Below are positions 24,376 through 33,867 of a stretch of DNA of 40,871 nt, piece after piece. Origin of the DNA: a virus; the IMG/VR virus record IMGVR_UViG_3300045988_025559; one strand, written 5' to 3'. The number at the start of each line of letters is the position of its first letter. Within the stretch, counting starts at the first letter, position 1. The notes below the pieces were generated by a model, which made no database searches, had not been told where the DNA came from, and saw only the letters and a list, made by a program, of their open reading frames with translations. Made by a program: the position numbers and the translations under genes.

Positions 24376-25146
24376 ATGGTAAAGCGACACAAGCGCCGGA
24401 AGTTTTCCGGGAGGGTCTGCGAGCAGATCGTGTACACGGTGGCGGGCGGCGCGGATCCGAAGACCAGCCGGCCGAAGAAGCCGCGGTTCCAGTCGCAGGA
24501 AGAACGCGAGGAATTCAACACCAGGATCTCGGCTGCAAAGTTCGCGGCGCTGGTCAACGCCAACTTCTCCCCGTCGAGCTATTACTCCACACTCACGCTC
24601 GACCCCGAACATGAGGTACATACCGCGCAGGAGATGCGCAGGATCCGGGATAAGTTCTACCGCCGCATGGTCTACCGGTATCCGGAGGCCAAGATCGTCA
24701 TCGTCTACGGCCGGGGCAAATCGACCAACCGCTTCCACCTGCACCTGATCACGGACGGCATTCCTGCCGATGAGCTCGGCAGGCTCTGGGGCCTTGGCAG
24801 CGTCATCGACTGCAAGCCGCTGCGGAAGCACAATTATTATCTGGATGAGAACGGAAATAAGGTAGACCACGGGCAGGACTACACGGCGTTGGCCAACTAC
24901 CTGCACGGCCACTGGCGCAAGGAGTTCGGCGGCCACCGGTACAAGGCCAGTCGCAGCTGCGTCCGGCCGGAGCCGGAGCCCGCGACCGAGGCGGTCCGGG
25001 ACTACAGCCCGACGCGCCCGCCAGTCGCCCCGCGCGGCTACATCCTCGTCGAGTCCAGAGCCACGCAGTATGGATTCCTGTATTTCAAATATGTATGGGA
25101 TCCCAAAAACGAGACACATAAGCGGACCGGGAGCCGCCTTCTTTAA
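24376..25146 (+). CDS. HUH-superfamily rolling-circle replication initiator-like protein
   Basis: AGGAGGAG RBS. Motif I-like YSTLTLD, HUH motif RFHLHLITDG, Tyr-containing DYTALANYLHGHW. The overall pattern recalls the 'rolling circle replication-associated protein' family of Clostridia elements. Confidence 0.65.
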   Translation: MVKRHKRRKFSGRVCEQIVYTVAGGADPKTSRPKKPRFQSQEEREEFNTRISAAKFAALVNANFSPSSYYSTLTLDPEHEVHTAQEMRRIRDKFYRRMVYRYPEAKIVIVYGRGKSTNRFHLHLITDGIPADELGRLWGLGSVIDCKPLRKHNYYLDENGNKVDHGQDYTALANYLHGHWRKEFGGHRYKASRSCVRPEPEPATEAVRDYSPTRPPVAPRGYILVESRATQYGFLYFKYVWDPKNETHKRTGSRLL

Positions 25147-25180
25147 ACCTTGTAAATGTGTTGAGTTTTAGAACGAAAGG

Positions 25181-25396
25181 GTGATAGAGACGAGCGACTA
25201 CTGGCACAGGGAGTATATCTGCCCATTCTGGCAGGCAGCCGGGAAAAAGACGATTCGCTGCGAGGGAGAATGCGTGCTCGCATTTCCTGAGCGGCGAGAG
25301 ACATCAGACTACATCACGCGATACTGCGCCAGCTTTGACTACGTGCGGTGCAGCATCGCGGCGGCGAAGCTCCGATACTACGAAAGAACAGAATGA
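25181..25396 (+). CDS. Small Cys-rich hypothetical protein
   Basis: GTG start is the only option after the in-frame TAG at 25169. RBS spacing is poor. Confidence 0.4.
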   Translation: MIETSDYWHREYICPFWQAAGKKTIRCEGECVLAFPERRETSDYITRYCASFDYVRCSIAAAKLRYYERTE

Positions 25397-25500
25397 GAGC
25401 CGAAGCGCATGCGGAACGCCGTATGCGCTCATTCTGCGTGCGTGGGGTGAAAAGATTTTCCGGATACGCTATGCTGAAAAGCAGAAGGGAGGCGTGAGCC

Positions 25501-25932
25501 ATGGCGAGGAAACCGAAGTATGAATCCGTGGAGCAGATCGAAGGGCTGATCGAGGCGTATTTTGAGAGCTGCAAGGGAGAGATCCTGCGGGATGAGGACG
25601 GGCGCATCGTTTTCAACCAGAAAGACGGGACTCCGGTCTGGGTGGGGCGGAAGCCGCCGACAATCCCGGGGCTTGCGCTGGCACTGGGCTTTTCCAGCAA
25701 GCAGAGTCTGTATAACTACAAGGCCAGGAAAGAATTTATGGACTCGATTTCGCGCGCGCAGACGCGCGTGGAACAATATACGGCCGAAAGACTGTTCGAC
25801 CGGGACTCTCAGCGGGGCGCGCAGTTCGCGCTGGAGTATGCGTTCCGGTATCGCAGAGACACCGGGGACGAAAAGCAGGATCAGACGCCGCGTGTGCTGC
25901 TGGAATGTGACGCGGAGGACGCGAGCGAATGA
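25501..25932 (+). CDS. terS: Terminase small subunit
   Basis: GGGAGG RBS. KPPTIPGLALALGFSSKQSLYNYKARKEF...I..A...VE...E..L pattern typical of TerS. Immediately upstream of TerL. Confidence 0.8.
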   Translation: MARKPKYESVEQIEGLIEAYFESCKGEILRDEDGRIVFNQKDGTPVWVGRKPPTIPGLALALGFSSKQSLYNYKARKEFMDSISRAQTRVEQYTAERLFDRDSQRGAQFALEYAFRYRRDTGDEKQDQTPRVLLECDAEDASE

Positions 25933-27287
25933 GAACGCTGGATCTCGGGCGGGCGCAGCCGAAGCAGACGCTCTTTCTCAAGGACAAACACCGGCACATC
26001 GCCTATGGCGGCGCGCGCGGCGGCGGAAAGAGCTGGGCCGTGCGGACAAAGTCGAAGCTGCTGGCGTTCCGGTATCCGGGCATTAAGATCCTGATCGTCC
26101 GAAAGACATACAAGGAGCTGCAGAATAACCACATCGAGCAGCTGACAGCGGAACTTGCCGGGTTCGCAAAATATAACCGGTCGGACAAAATGTTTCGCTT
26201 CCCGAACGGGTCGACGATCTCTTTCGGGTACTGCGCAAACGAAGGGGACCTGGGGCAGTATCAGGGCGCGGAATATGACGTGGTGTTCATCGACGAGGCC
26301 GGGCAGCTGCAGGAGAGCTGGATCCGCAAGATCAATCTCTGCGTGCGCGGAACGAATGGATTTCCAAAGCGGACGTATTACACGCTGAACCCCGGCGGGC
26401 CGGGGCATGCATACTTCAAGCGTGTCTTCGTCGATCGGAATTTCAATCCCGATGAAGACCCGAATGACTATTTCTTCATTCAGGCAAAGGTAGAGGACAA
26501 TAAGGCCCTCATGGATACGCAGCCTGACTACCTGCGCGAGCTGGAGAATCTGCCGCCGACGCTGCGGGCAGCGTGGAAGGACGGACGCTGGGACGTCTAT
26601 GAGGGACAGTTCTTCGAGGACTTCCGGGACGTGCCGGAGCATTACAAGGACCGGCGCTGGACGCATGTCATCGAGCCGTTTGAGATTCCGGACGGATGGA
26701 CGATCTGCCGGAGCTACGACTTTGGCTACGGGAAGCCGTTTTCTTGCGCATGGTGGGCGGTCGACTATGACGGGACGATCTACCGGATCATGGAGCTGTA
26801 CGGCTGCACGCGGACGCCGAACGAGGGCGTAAAGTGGACACCGGACAAACAGTTTGAAGAGATCCACAAAACGGAGATGCAGCACCCGTGGCTCAAGGGG
26901 AAAACCATCATCGGCGTGGCGGACCCCGCGATCTGGGATGCGTCGCGCGGAGAATCGGTCGCAGACACGGCTGCGCGGTACGGCGTATTTTTTACGCCTG
27001 GCGACAATGAGCGCATTGCAGGTTGGATGCAGTGCCACTACCGGCTGCAGTTTGACGAGGATGGATATCCGCGGATGTATGTCTTCAACACCTGCAGGGC
27101 GTTCATCCGGACGATCCCGACGCTGATCTATGACGAGCATCGGGCAGAAGACCTGGACACGAAGATGGAAGACCACGTCGCGGACGAATGGAGATATTTC
27201 TGCATGTCGCGGCCGATCAAGCCGATCCGCGCGGTGAAAGAGCAGCGGCTCCTTTTTGATCCGCTGGACATGATGAAACGGAGGTAA
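25929..27287 (+). CDS. terL: Terminase large subunit
   Basis: ATGA overlap with terS. Walker A GGARGGGKSW, Walker B-like VVFIDEAG and a C-terminal nuclease-like region. Confidence 0.9.
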   Translation: MRTLDLGRAQPKQTLFLKDKHRHIAYGGARGGGKSWAVRTKSKLLAFRYPGIKILIVRKTYKELQNNHIEQLTAELAGFAKYNRSDKMFRFPNGSTISFGYCANEGDLGQYQGAEYDVVFIDEAGQLQESWIRKINLCVRGTNGFPKRTYYTLNPGGPGHAYFKRVFVDRNFNPDEDPNDYFFIQAKVEDNKALMDTQPDYLRELENLPPTLRAAWKDGRWDVYEGQFFEDFRDVPEHYKDRRWTHVIEPFEIPDGWTICRSYDFGYGKPFSCAWWAVDYDGTIYRIMELYGCTRTPNEGVKWTPDKQFEEIHKTEMQHPWLKGKTIIGVADPAIWDASRGESVADTAARYGVFFTPGDNERIAGWMQCHYRLQFDEDGYPRMYVFNTCRAFIRTIPTLIYDEHRAEDLDTKMEDHVADEWRYFCMSRPIKPIRAVKEQRLLFDPLDMMKRR

Positions 27288-27291
27288 GGCC

Positions 27292-29046
27292 ATGCTGGCA
27301 CCACAACTGACGGAGACTGAGAAGCAGACCATGATGACGGAAGTCTTTCTCGGATACAACCACAACCTCGAGCTGGCGGACGGGGAGTTTTATGACATGG
27401 AGAATCTGTCGGCGGACGAGTATCCGCTGCTCGCGCCGCGGCCAAGGCGGGGGACGGCGCAGGCGATCGAGGGCGTGCAGGGCATTCTGGCGAAGGATGC
27501 GCTGTGCTGGGTGCAGGACCAGGTGCTTTATATCAACGGCGCTTCGATGGAGGCGTATATGCCGTCCGTGTCGATCTCGGCGGGGCAGAAGCAGCTCATT
27601 TCCATGGGCGCATATCTGTGCATCTTCCCGGACGGGATCTACTTCAACACCGAGAAGTACTCCGACAACGGGTACATGGGGCAGGAGAATGTGGTCGACG
27701 CGGCGAGCTCGAACGTGGAAATTTCCCTGTGTCTTGTCGACGGGACGGCGCTGACGGTGAGCTATAAGCAAGCCAGCCAGCCGGAAAACCCGACGAATGG
27801 CCAGTACTGGCTCGACACGTCCGGCAAGCTCCACACGCTCAAGCAGTGGGCGGAGGCGACGAGCCAGTGGGTATCCGTGCCGACGGTGTATCTGAAGCTT
27901 TCTGCGAACGGCATCGGGAAGGGCTTTAAGCAGTACGACGGCATCCGGCTTTCGGGGCTGATGGGAAACGAGCAGATCGAGAAACTGAACGGCAGCCAGA
28001 TCCTGTACGACGTGGGCGAGAGCTACCTCGTGATCGTGGGCCTCGTCGACGAGACGACGAAGGTGACGAGCGGGACCGTGAAGACGGCCCGGAAGGTCCC
28101 AAGCATGGACTTCATCACCGAGAGCGGGAACCGGCTGTGGGGCTGCAAGTACGGCGTGGCGGACGGCGAGACCGTCAATGAGATCTACTGCTGCAAGCTG
28201 GGCGATTTTAAGAACTGGGAGTGCTACCAGGGCGTGGCAACGGATTCGTGGCGCGCGAGCTGCGGCACGGACGGAAAGTGGACGGGCGCGGCGACGCTGG
28301 CCGACAGCCCGATCTTCTTCAAGGAGGACTGCTTCCACCGGGTGTATCCGTCGGCGACGGGGGCGCATCAGGTGGTCGTGCAGAAGTGCGCAGGTGTGCA
28401 GAATGGGTCGAGCAAGAGCCTGGTCGTGGTGGATGACCGGTTGTATTACAAATCGCGGATGGGCGTTTGCGTGTACGACGGGAGTCTGCCAAGCGAGATC
28501 GGCAGCTGCTTCGGGACGAAGCTGTATTACAACGCCGTGGCGGGCGGCGCCAGAGGGAAGTACTTCATCAGCATGGAGGATGAAGGCCATAACTGGTCGC
28601 TGTTCGTCTACGACACGCGCAAGGGTCTGTGGCACAAGGAGGACAGCACCCACGCAGAGGACTTCGCGCGGGTGGACGATGAGCTGTATTTCCTTGAGGA
28701 CGGGACGCTCAGGACTGTCTATGGCTCGGTCGGGACGCTGGAAGACAGTGTGCAGTGGATGGCGGAAACGGGGATCATGACGTATGGGCTGGTCGGGAAA
28801 AAGTATGTGTCCCGGATCAACCTGCGGATGCAGCTGCCGAAGGGGTCGAGCGTCGATTTCTGGGTGCAGTACGATTCCGATGGCGTCTGGCGGCACTGCG
28901 GGCATATCGAGGGGCGGGGGCTGCGGACGTTCCTGCTGCCGATCCGCCCGGCGCGGTGCGACCACCTGAAATTCCGGCTGACGGGGAAGGGCGAGATGAA
29001 GCTGTTCAGTCTGGCGCGGGTCCTGGAGGCAGGAAGCAATGCGTAA
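27292..29046 (+). CDS. Large virion protein with beta-propeller-like repeats (putative tail nozzle/tubular protein)
   Basis: GGAGG RBS. Repeated ..LYY....G.CVYDG... / ..YFISMEDEG..WSLFVYDTRKGLWHKED.. blades. The function call rests on position and size only. Confidence 0.4.
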   Translation: MLAPQLTETEKQTMMTEVFLGYNHNLELADGEFYDMENLSADEYPLLAPRPRRGTAQAIEGVQGILAKDALCWVQDQVLYINGASMEAYMPSVSISAGQKQLISMGAYLCIFPDGIYFNTEKYSDNGYMGQENVVDAASSNVEISLCLVDGTALTVSYKQASQPENPTNGQYWLDTSGKLHTLKQWAEATSQWVSVPTVYLKLSANGIGKGFKQYDGIRLSGLMGNEQIEKLNGSQILYDVGESYLVIVGLVDETTKVTSGTVKTARKVPSMDFITESGNRLWGCKYGVADGETVNEIYCCKLGDFKNWECYQGVATDSWRASCGTDGKWTGAATLADSPIFFKEDCFHRVYPSATGAHQVVVQKCAGVQNGSSKSLVVVDDRLYYKSRMGVCVYDGSLPSEIGSCFGTKLYYNAVAGGARGKYFISMEDEGHNWSLFVYDTRKGLWHKEDSTHAEDFARVDDELYFLEDGTLRTVYGSVGTLEDSVQWMAETGIMTYGLVGKKYVSRINLRMQLPKGSSVDFWVQYDSDGVWRHCGHIEGRGLRTFLLPIRPARCDHLKFRLTGKGEMKLFSLARVLEAGSNA

Positions 29047-29061
29047 GACGGGAGGTGCAAC

Positions 29062-30270
29062 ATGGGTAGTCTGACACTTGCATACCCGTCCATCGCGGGG
29101 AAGACGACGCAGGAGCAGCTGGAGAGCATGCGCAGGTATCTGTGCAGCGTGACGGAGCAGTTGAACCTCGCCGACTGGTCGGCGAAGGCGACGCTGACGG
29201 AGATCTCGCAGGCCATCGACGCGGACAGCCTCTCCGAGGCGGAGAAGAAAACGACGCTCTCCGGCTATGGAGCGCTGAAAGCGCTCATCATCAAGACGGC
29301 GGACTTCGCCGCGGCAAATTCGGAGACGTGGTCGACGAAGCTGTCCGGCAGCTATGTGGCCATCTCGGACTTCGGGAAGTATCTTGAAAAGACGCAGCTG
29401 ATGATCGAGGGAAACTCCGTCGGCATCAAGCAGCTGTATGACTACACGGCGGGCGTCAACAATCAGTTTTCCGTCAATTCGCAGCAGTACATCAAGACGG
29501 GGCTGCTGTACTACAAGGACGCTGTGCCGGTGTACGGCGTGGGCGTGGGGAACATCGAGACGACGGTGACGGACGGCGGCGAACGGGTCATCGACCAGAC
29601 GAAGAACGAGCTGGTGACGGTGACACCGGACCGGGTGAGCTTCTGGCAGGACGGGCAGGAGGTCGCGTATTTAAGCGACAAGAAGCTGCATTTCCCATCC
29701 GGGACGCTGGAGGCGGCGGGGGCGGTGCTGTCGGGGAAGATCACGGCGGCGGCCGACTCGACGTTCGGGCCGTGGACGATCTCGGAAAGCAGCATTTTCC
29801 GCACGGCCAACGAATTTGGGGGCAGCGCTAGCATGTACTTCGGCACGAGCGGGCTTTCCATCAAGGACAAATTCAAGGTGGACGCGAACGGCAAGCTGAC
29901 GTGCACGGGGGCTGAGATCGGCGGAACGATCAACGCGACGGATCTGAAGCTTGACGGTACGAGCATACAGACGAAGCTCAAGCAGATCATGGATGAGATC
30001 AACATCATCAGTGACGGGCTTGAAATCGCGGGCACAAACTTCTCGAACGGCACGATCGGAGGAGCGGAGGGAAGTCTGCAGTTTACGTCCTCCAGCTCGG
30101 CGGCCTATGCGGTCGACCTGTCTGGCCCGGCGGTGCGCGTGCGCTCGACAAGCGGCGATGTGTATCTGCAGAACGCGGCTGGGACGGCCAGCATGCAGAT
30201 AAAATCGGACGGGAGTATCCGGTTTACCGCCTCCGGCGGCGTAAGCGGCATTACGCCGGTGTTCGGATAG
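29062..30270 (+). CDS. Tail-associated structural protein (fibre/spike-like)
   Basis: GGGAGGTG RBS. N-terminal QLESMRRYLCSVTEQLNLADWS motif seen in phage tail proteins, then a beta-rich C-terminal part. Confidence 0.45.
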   Translation: MGSLTLAYPSIAGKTTQEQLESMRRYLCSVTEQLNLADWSAKATLTEISQAIDADSLSEAEKKTTLSGYGALKALIIKTADFAAANSETWSTKLSGSYVAISDFGKYLEKTQLMIEGNSVGIKQLYDYTAGVNNQFSVNSQQYIKTGLLYYKDAVPVYGVGVGNIETTVTDGGERVIDQTKNELVTVTPDRVSFWQDGQEVAYLSDKKLHFPSGTLEAAGAVLSGKITAAADSTFGPWTISESSIFRTANEFGGSASMYFGTSGLSIKDKFKVDANGKLTCTGAEIGGTINATDLKLDGTSIQTKLKQIMDEINIISDGLEIAGTNFSNGTIGGAEGSLQFTSSSSAAYAVDLSGPAVRVRSTSGDVYLQNAAGTASMQIKSDGSIRFTASGGVSGITPVFG

Positions 30271-30283
30271 GCAGGTGGTCTGA

Positions 30284-31678
30284 GTGGCAACGCTATCTGG
30301 CGCATCGGGTACGCCGACAAGTATCACGCTGACGATCTCGGGCATGTCGTCCACGACAGCGTACAAACGGAAATATGAATTTATCCTCGCGGGAACGGTC
30401 ATGGCGACGGTGACGGACCCGGATGCGGGCACGACGACGTTCAGCCGGATCATTACCGGGCTGACACCGGACACGCTGTATATCTGCCGCGTGCGGATCT
30501 ACAACAGCAGCACGGGGGCACTTGTCGCCGAGACAAACTCCATCAGCGTGCGGACGCTGGCACAGTCGACCTCGCAGGCGACGGTCAGCATTCTAAACTT
30601 CCTGGATAACCTGACGCAGCTGGCGAGCGGGTCCTTCAAAGGCGATATCGGAGATACGTTTTACATTTCGGCCGCGGGCACGCAGTATCAGACGTACTCG
30701 CAGCAGTATCATTTCCTGTACTTCCGGCTGTCGTCGCAGAATTACAGCACGGAGCACAACGCGAGCTACCAGATCCCGATTCAGGAGGGGCAGACAGTCA
30801 AGGTCTACTACCAGAGCAAGACCACGACGATTCCGATCTACAACTACCTGGACGGGCAGCACACGCTGTCAGACGGGTCCGTCTCCGGCACGATCGGCAA
30901 TTCGTTCTTCCTGTCCATGTCCGGCACGCAGTACCAGACGTATTCGCAGGAGTATGAATTCCAGTATTTCAGGCTCGCGTCGGAAGGGTATGCGACAAAT
31001 CACGCGGCGACGGAGACGATCCCCATTACGAGCGGGCAGGCCGTGCGCGTGTACTACAAGACGAAGATCACGGCAGTTGCGCCGGTTATCAGCGGGGTCA
31101 CGCTGACGAAGAACACGGCGACGGTCACGTGGGACAAAAACGGCGGCGGGTACGGAAGCTGGACGCTCTACTGGGGAAAGACGAGCTATACGGCGATCGG
31201 ATCGCAGTCGATCGGCAGCTCGCCGGTGACGGTCTCGGGGCTGGACCCGGGCACGACGTATTATTTCTGGATCGTCAACAAGGCCGGGACGGACTCGAAG
31301 ACATCCAACACCGTATCCGGCGATACAAAGGCGCAGATCGCGGCCTTCGCGTGGACGAGCGACGATGCGTCGTATATCGCGGAGGGGAAGGCCGTGACAT
31401 ACCTGACGGCGGCGAGCTGGAACCGGCTGACGGCGAAGATCAACGAGGTCCGGGCCGCCAGAGGCTACGGGAGCATTTCCTTCACGACGGCCTACGCCGG
31501 GCAGACGATCACGGCGGCCATCTACAACGAGGCGGCAAACGCCATCGGGAATCTGACAGGCGCGGGAAGCGTCAGCACGGTATCGGCAGAGACGAAGCTG
31601 GAAGCGACGTACTTTGCAAACAGCTATTCTGCGCTCAAGGAAGCGCTCAACCGGGCAATCAGCAGTTATAACGGATAG
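30284..31678 (+). CDS. Fibronectin-III-containing tail fibre/decoration protein with an internal tandem domain duplication
   Basis: AGGTGG RBS and GTG 30284. Two FN3-like segments (..GLTPDTLYICRVRIYN.. and ..SGLDPGTTYYFWIVNKAG..). Two ~80-aa repeats share GT.G..F..S..GTQYQTYSQ.Y.F.YFRL.S..Y.T.H.A...IPI..GQ.V.VYY..K. Confidence 0.6.
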   Translation: MATLSGASGTPTSITLTISGMSSTTAYKRKYEFILAGTVMATVTDPDAGTTTFSRIITGLTPDTLYICRVRIYNSSTGALVAETNSISVRTLAQSTSQATVSILNFLDNLTQLASGSFKGDIGDTFYISAAGTQYQTYSQQYHFLYFRLSSQNYSTEHNASYQIPIQEGQTVKVYYQSKTTTIPIYNYLDGQHTLSDGSVSGTIGNSFFLSMSGTQYQTYSQEYEFQYFRLASEGYATNHAATETIPITSGQAVRVYYKTKITAVAPVISGVTLTKNTATVTWDKNGGGYGSWTLYWGKTSYTAIGSQSIGSSPVTVSGLDPGTTYYFWIVNKAGTDSKTSNTVSGDTKAQIAAFAWTSDDASYIAEGKAVTYLTAASWNRLTAKINEVRAARGYGSISFTTAYAGQTITAAIYNEAANAIGNLTGAGSVSTVSAETKLEATYFANSYSALKEALNRAISSYNG

Positions 31679-31686
31679 GAGGAGCT

Positions 31687-31884
31687 ATGAATATCACAAA
31701 AGCAGTGGTGCAGCTGCGGGGGCGGCTGATCGAGGCCATCAACGAGGCGGGGCTGCCGCCGGTCATCGTGGGCTTTGTGCTGGACGGGATCCAGAACGAA
31801 GTGGCAAGACTCACGGCGGAAGACCTGCGGAAGGAGGAAGCGGACAATGCAGACAGAGCAGATGCAGACGACCATGCAGAATGA
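31687..31884 (+). CDS. Small hypothetical protein
   Basis: GGAGGAG RBS, 65 aa, overlaps the portal start by 38 nt. Confidence 0.5.
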   Translation: MNITKAVVQLRGRLIEAINEAGLPPVIVGFVLDGIQNEVARLTAEDLRKEEADNADRADADDHAE

Positions 31885-33793
31885 CACGGCGAGCGGGCTG
31901 ACGGCGCGAAAGGCCATCGGCGAAGAGCAGGCCAGAAAGGCCATGGACACGCTGTTAAAATACCGGCAGGGCAAGAGCGCGCTGGAGGCGCGGGTCATTG
32001 CGTCGGAGGACTGGTGGCGCATGCGCAGCTGGCAGCGGATCCAGAAGGGGAACCCGGAGGACGACAAGTGGACGTCGGCATGGCTTTTCAACGTCATTAT
32101 GGGCAAGCACGCGGACGCGATCGCGGCCTATCCGGCCCCGGCCATCCGCCCGCGGGAACCGGACGACCGGGAGGAGGCAGCGAAGCTTTCCTCGGTGCTG
32201 CCGGTCATTCTGGAACAGAACGACTTCGAAGAGGTCTATTCGGACAGCCAGTGGACGAAGCTCAAGCAGGGCACGCTCATCTGGCACGTGAAGTGGGATT
32301 CTTCGAAGCTGAACGGCCTCGGGGATATCTCGGTGCAGCCGGTAGATATTCTGTCTTTCTTCTGGGAGCCGGGCGTCCGGGATCTGCAGAAGTCGAAGAA
32401 CATCTTCCTGACGGAGATGGTAGACAACGATCTGCTGCTCGCGAAATACCCGGAGCTGCAGGGAAAGCTCAACTCCAATCCGCAGATCCAGCAGAAGTAC
32501 AACACGGACGACGTCATCAATTTTGACAACAAGTCGATGGTGGTGGACTGGTATTACAAGAAATATCAGAACGGCCGGCAGGTGCTGCACTTTGCGAAGC
32601 TGGTGGGCGACACCATCCTGCAGGCGACGGAGAACGATACGGAACAGAAATATGACACGCTGACGCTGCCGGACGGGAGCATTGTGCAGCAGCCGGCCGG
32701 GCGGCCCATGGCCGAGACGGGGCTGTATGACGACGGGGAATACCCGTTTGTGGTCGACGCGCTGTTCCCGGTGGAGGGCAGCATTGCCGGGTATGGGTAT
32801 ATCGACATCGGCAAGTCGACGCAGGAGCAGATCGACCGGATGAATCAGGCGATCGTAAAGAACGCGATCATGACGACGACGCCTCGGTGGTTCAAGCGGT
32901 CGGACGGGTCGGTCAACGAGCAGGAATTCGCGGACTGGACGAAGCCGTTCGTGCATGTGGATGGGAATCTGGGGCAGGACAGTCTGCAGCCGATCCAGGT
33001 CAACATGCTCAACAGCAATTATATCGCCATTCTGCAGAACAAGATCGAGGAGCTAAAGTGGACAACGGGAAACACGGACGTCAACAACGGCGCGACAAAC
33101 TCGGGCGTGACGGCAGCCTCGGCCATTGCGGCCTTGCAGGAGGCATCCGGCAGGAGCAGCAAGGACTCCACAAAGTCGGCTTACCGGGCCTACGCGCGGA
33201 TGATCCGGATGGTCATTGAGCGCATCCGGCAGTTCTATGATCTGCCGCGGCAGTTCCGGATCATCGGGCAGCGCGGGGCAGAGCAGTTCGTACAGTACAG
33301 CAATCAGGGGCTGCAGCCACAGACGATCTACGGCGCGAACGGACAGCCGGACGGGCTGCGGAAACCGGTCTTCGACATTGAGGTCTCGGCGCAGAAGGCG
33401 AGCGAGTACACGTCCATGGCGCAGAACGAGCTGGCACTGCAGTTCTTCCAGCTGGGATTCTTCAACCCGCAGATGGTCGACCAGGCGCTATCTACACTGG
33501 ACATGATGGACTTCGACGGGAAGGACTCAATCATCCAGAAGGTCCAGGAGAACGCGGACCTGCAGCAGCGGCTGGTCGAGTGGCAGCAGCTGGCGCTGGC
33601 GTTGGCAGACCGGTACGATCCGGTCATGGGTGAGGGGCTGGCGCAGCAGATCCTGCAGGAGGGCGGACAGGCAGTCCCGCAGGAGAGCGCCGCGGCAGCA
33701 AAGAAGCCGGAGATCAACACCGGCGAGACGCAGGAGCCGAAGATCGTGGAGAATGCGCGAAAAAAGTCGGAAGAAAGTGCACAGCCGACTTGA
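31847..33793 (+). CDS. Portal protein
   Basis: AAGGAGGAAG RBS and ATG 31847 (the track start at 31775 lies inside the previous gene). 648 aa, located upstream of scaffold and capsid, with an N-terminal ..LLKYRQGKSALEARVIASEDWWRMRSW.. motif seen in portal proteins. Confidence 0.7.
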   Translation: MQTEQMQTTMQNDTASGLTARKAIGEEQARKAMDTLLKYRQGKSALEARVIASEDWWRMRSWQRIQKGNPEDDKWTSAWLFNVIMGKHADAIAAYPAPAIRPREPDDREEAAKLSSVLPVILEQNDFEEVYSDSQWTKLKQGTLIWHVKWDSSKLNGLGDISVQPVDILSFFWEPGVRDLQKSKNIFLTEMVDNDLLLAKYPELQGKLNSNPQIQQKYNTDDVINFDNKSMVVDWYYKKYQNGRQVLHFAKLVGDTILQATENDTEQKYDTLTLPDGSIVQQPAGRPMAETGLYDDGEYPFVVDALFPVEGSIAGYGYIDIGKSTQEQIDRMNQAIVKNAIMTTTPRWFKRSDGSVNEQEFADWTKPFVHVDGNLGQDSLQPIQVNMLNSNYIAILQNKIEELKWTTGNTDVNNGATNSGVTAASAIAALQEASGRSSKDSTKSAYRAYARMIRMVIERIRQFYDLPRQFRIIGQRGAEQFVQYSNQGLQPQTIYGANGQPDGLRKPVFDIEVSAQKASEYTSMAQNELALQFFQLGFFNPQMVDQALSTLDMMDFDGKDSIIQKVQENADLQQRLVEWQQLALALADRYDPVMGEGLAQQILQEGGQAVPQESAAAAKKPEINTGETQEPKIVENARKKSEESAQPT

Positions 33794-33867
33794 TCCGCGT
33801 GGGGTGAAACTCTGAAAAGTTTGTGCTACGATGATTTTAGAATAAACGCCAGAAAGGAATTTACAGC

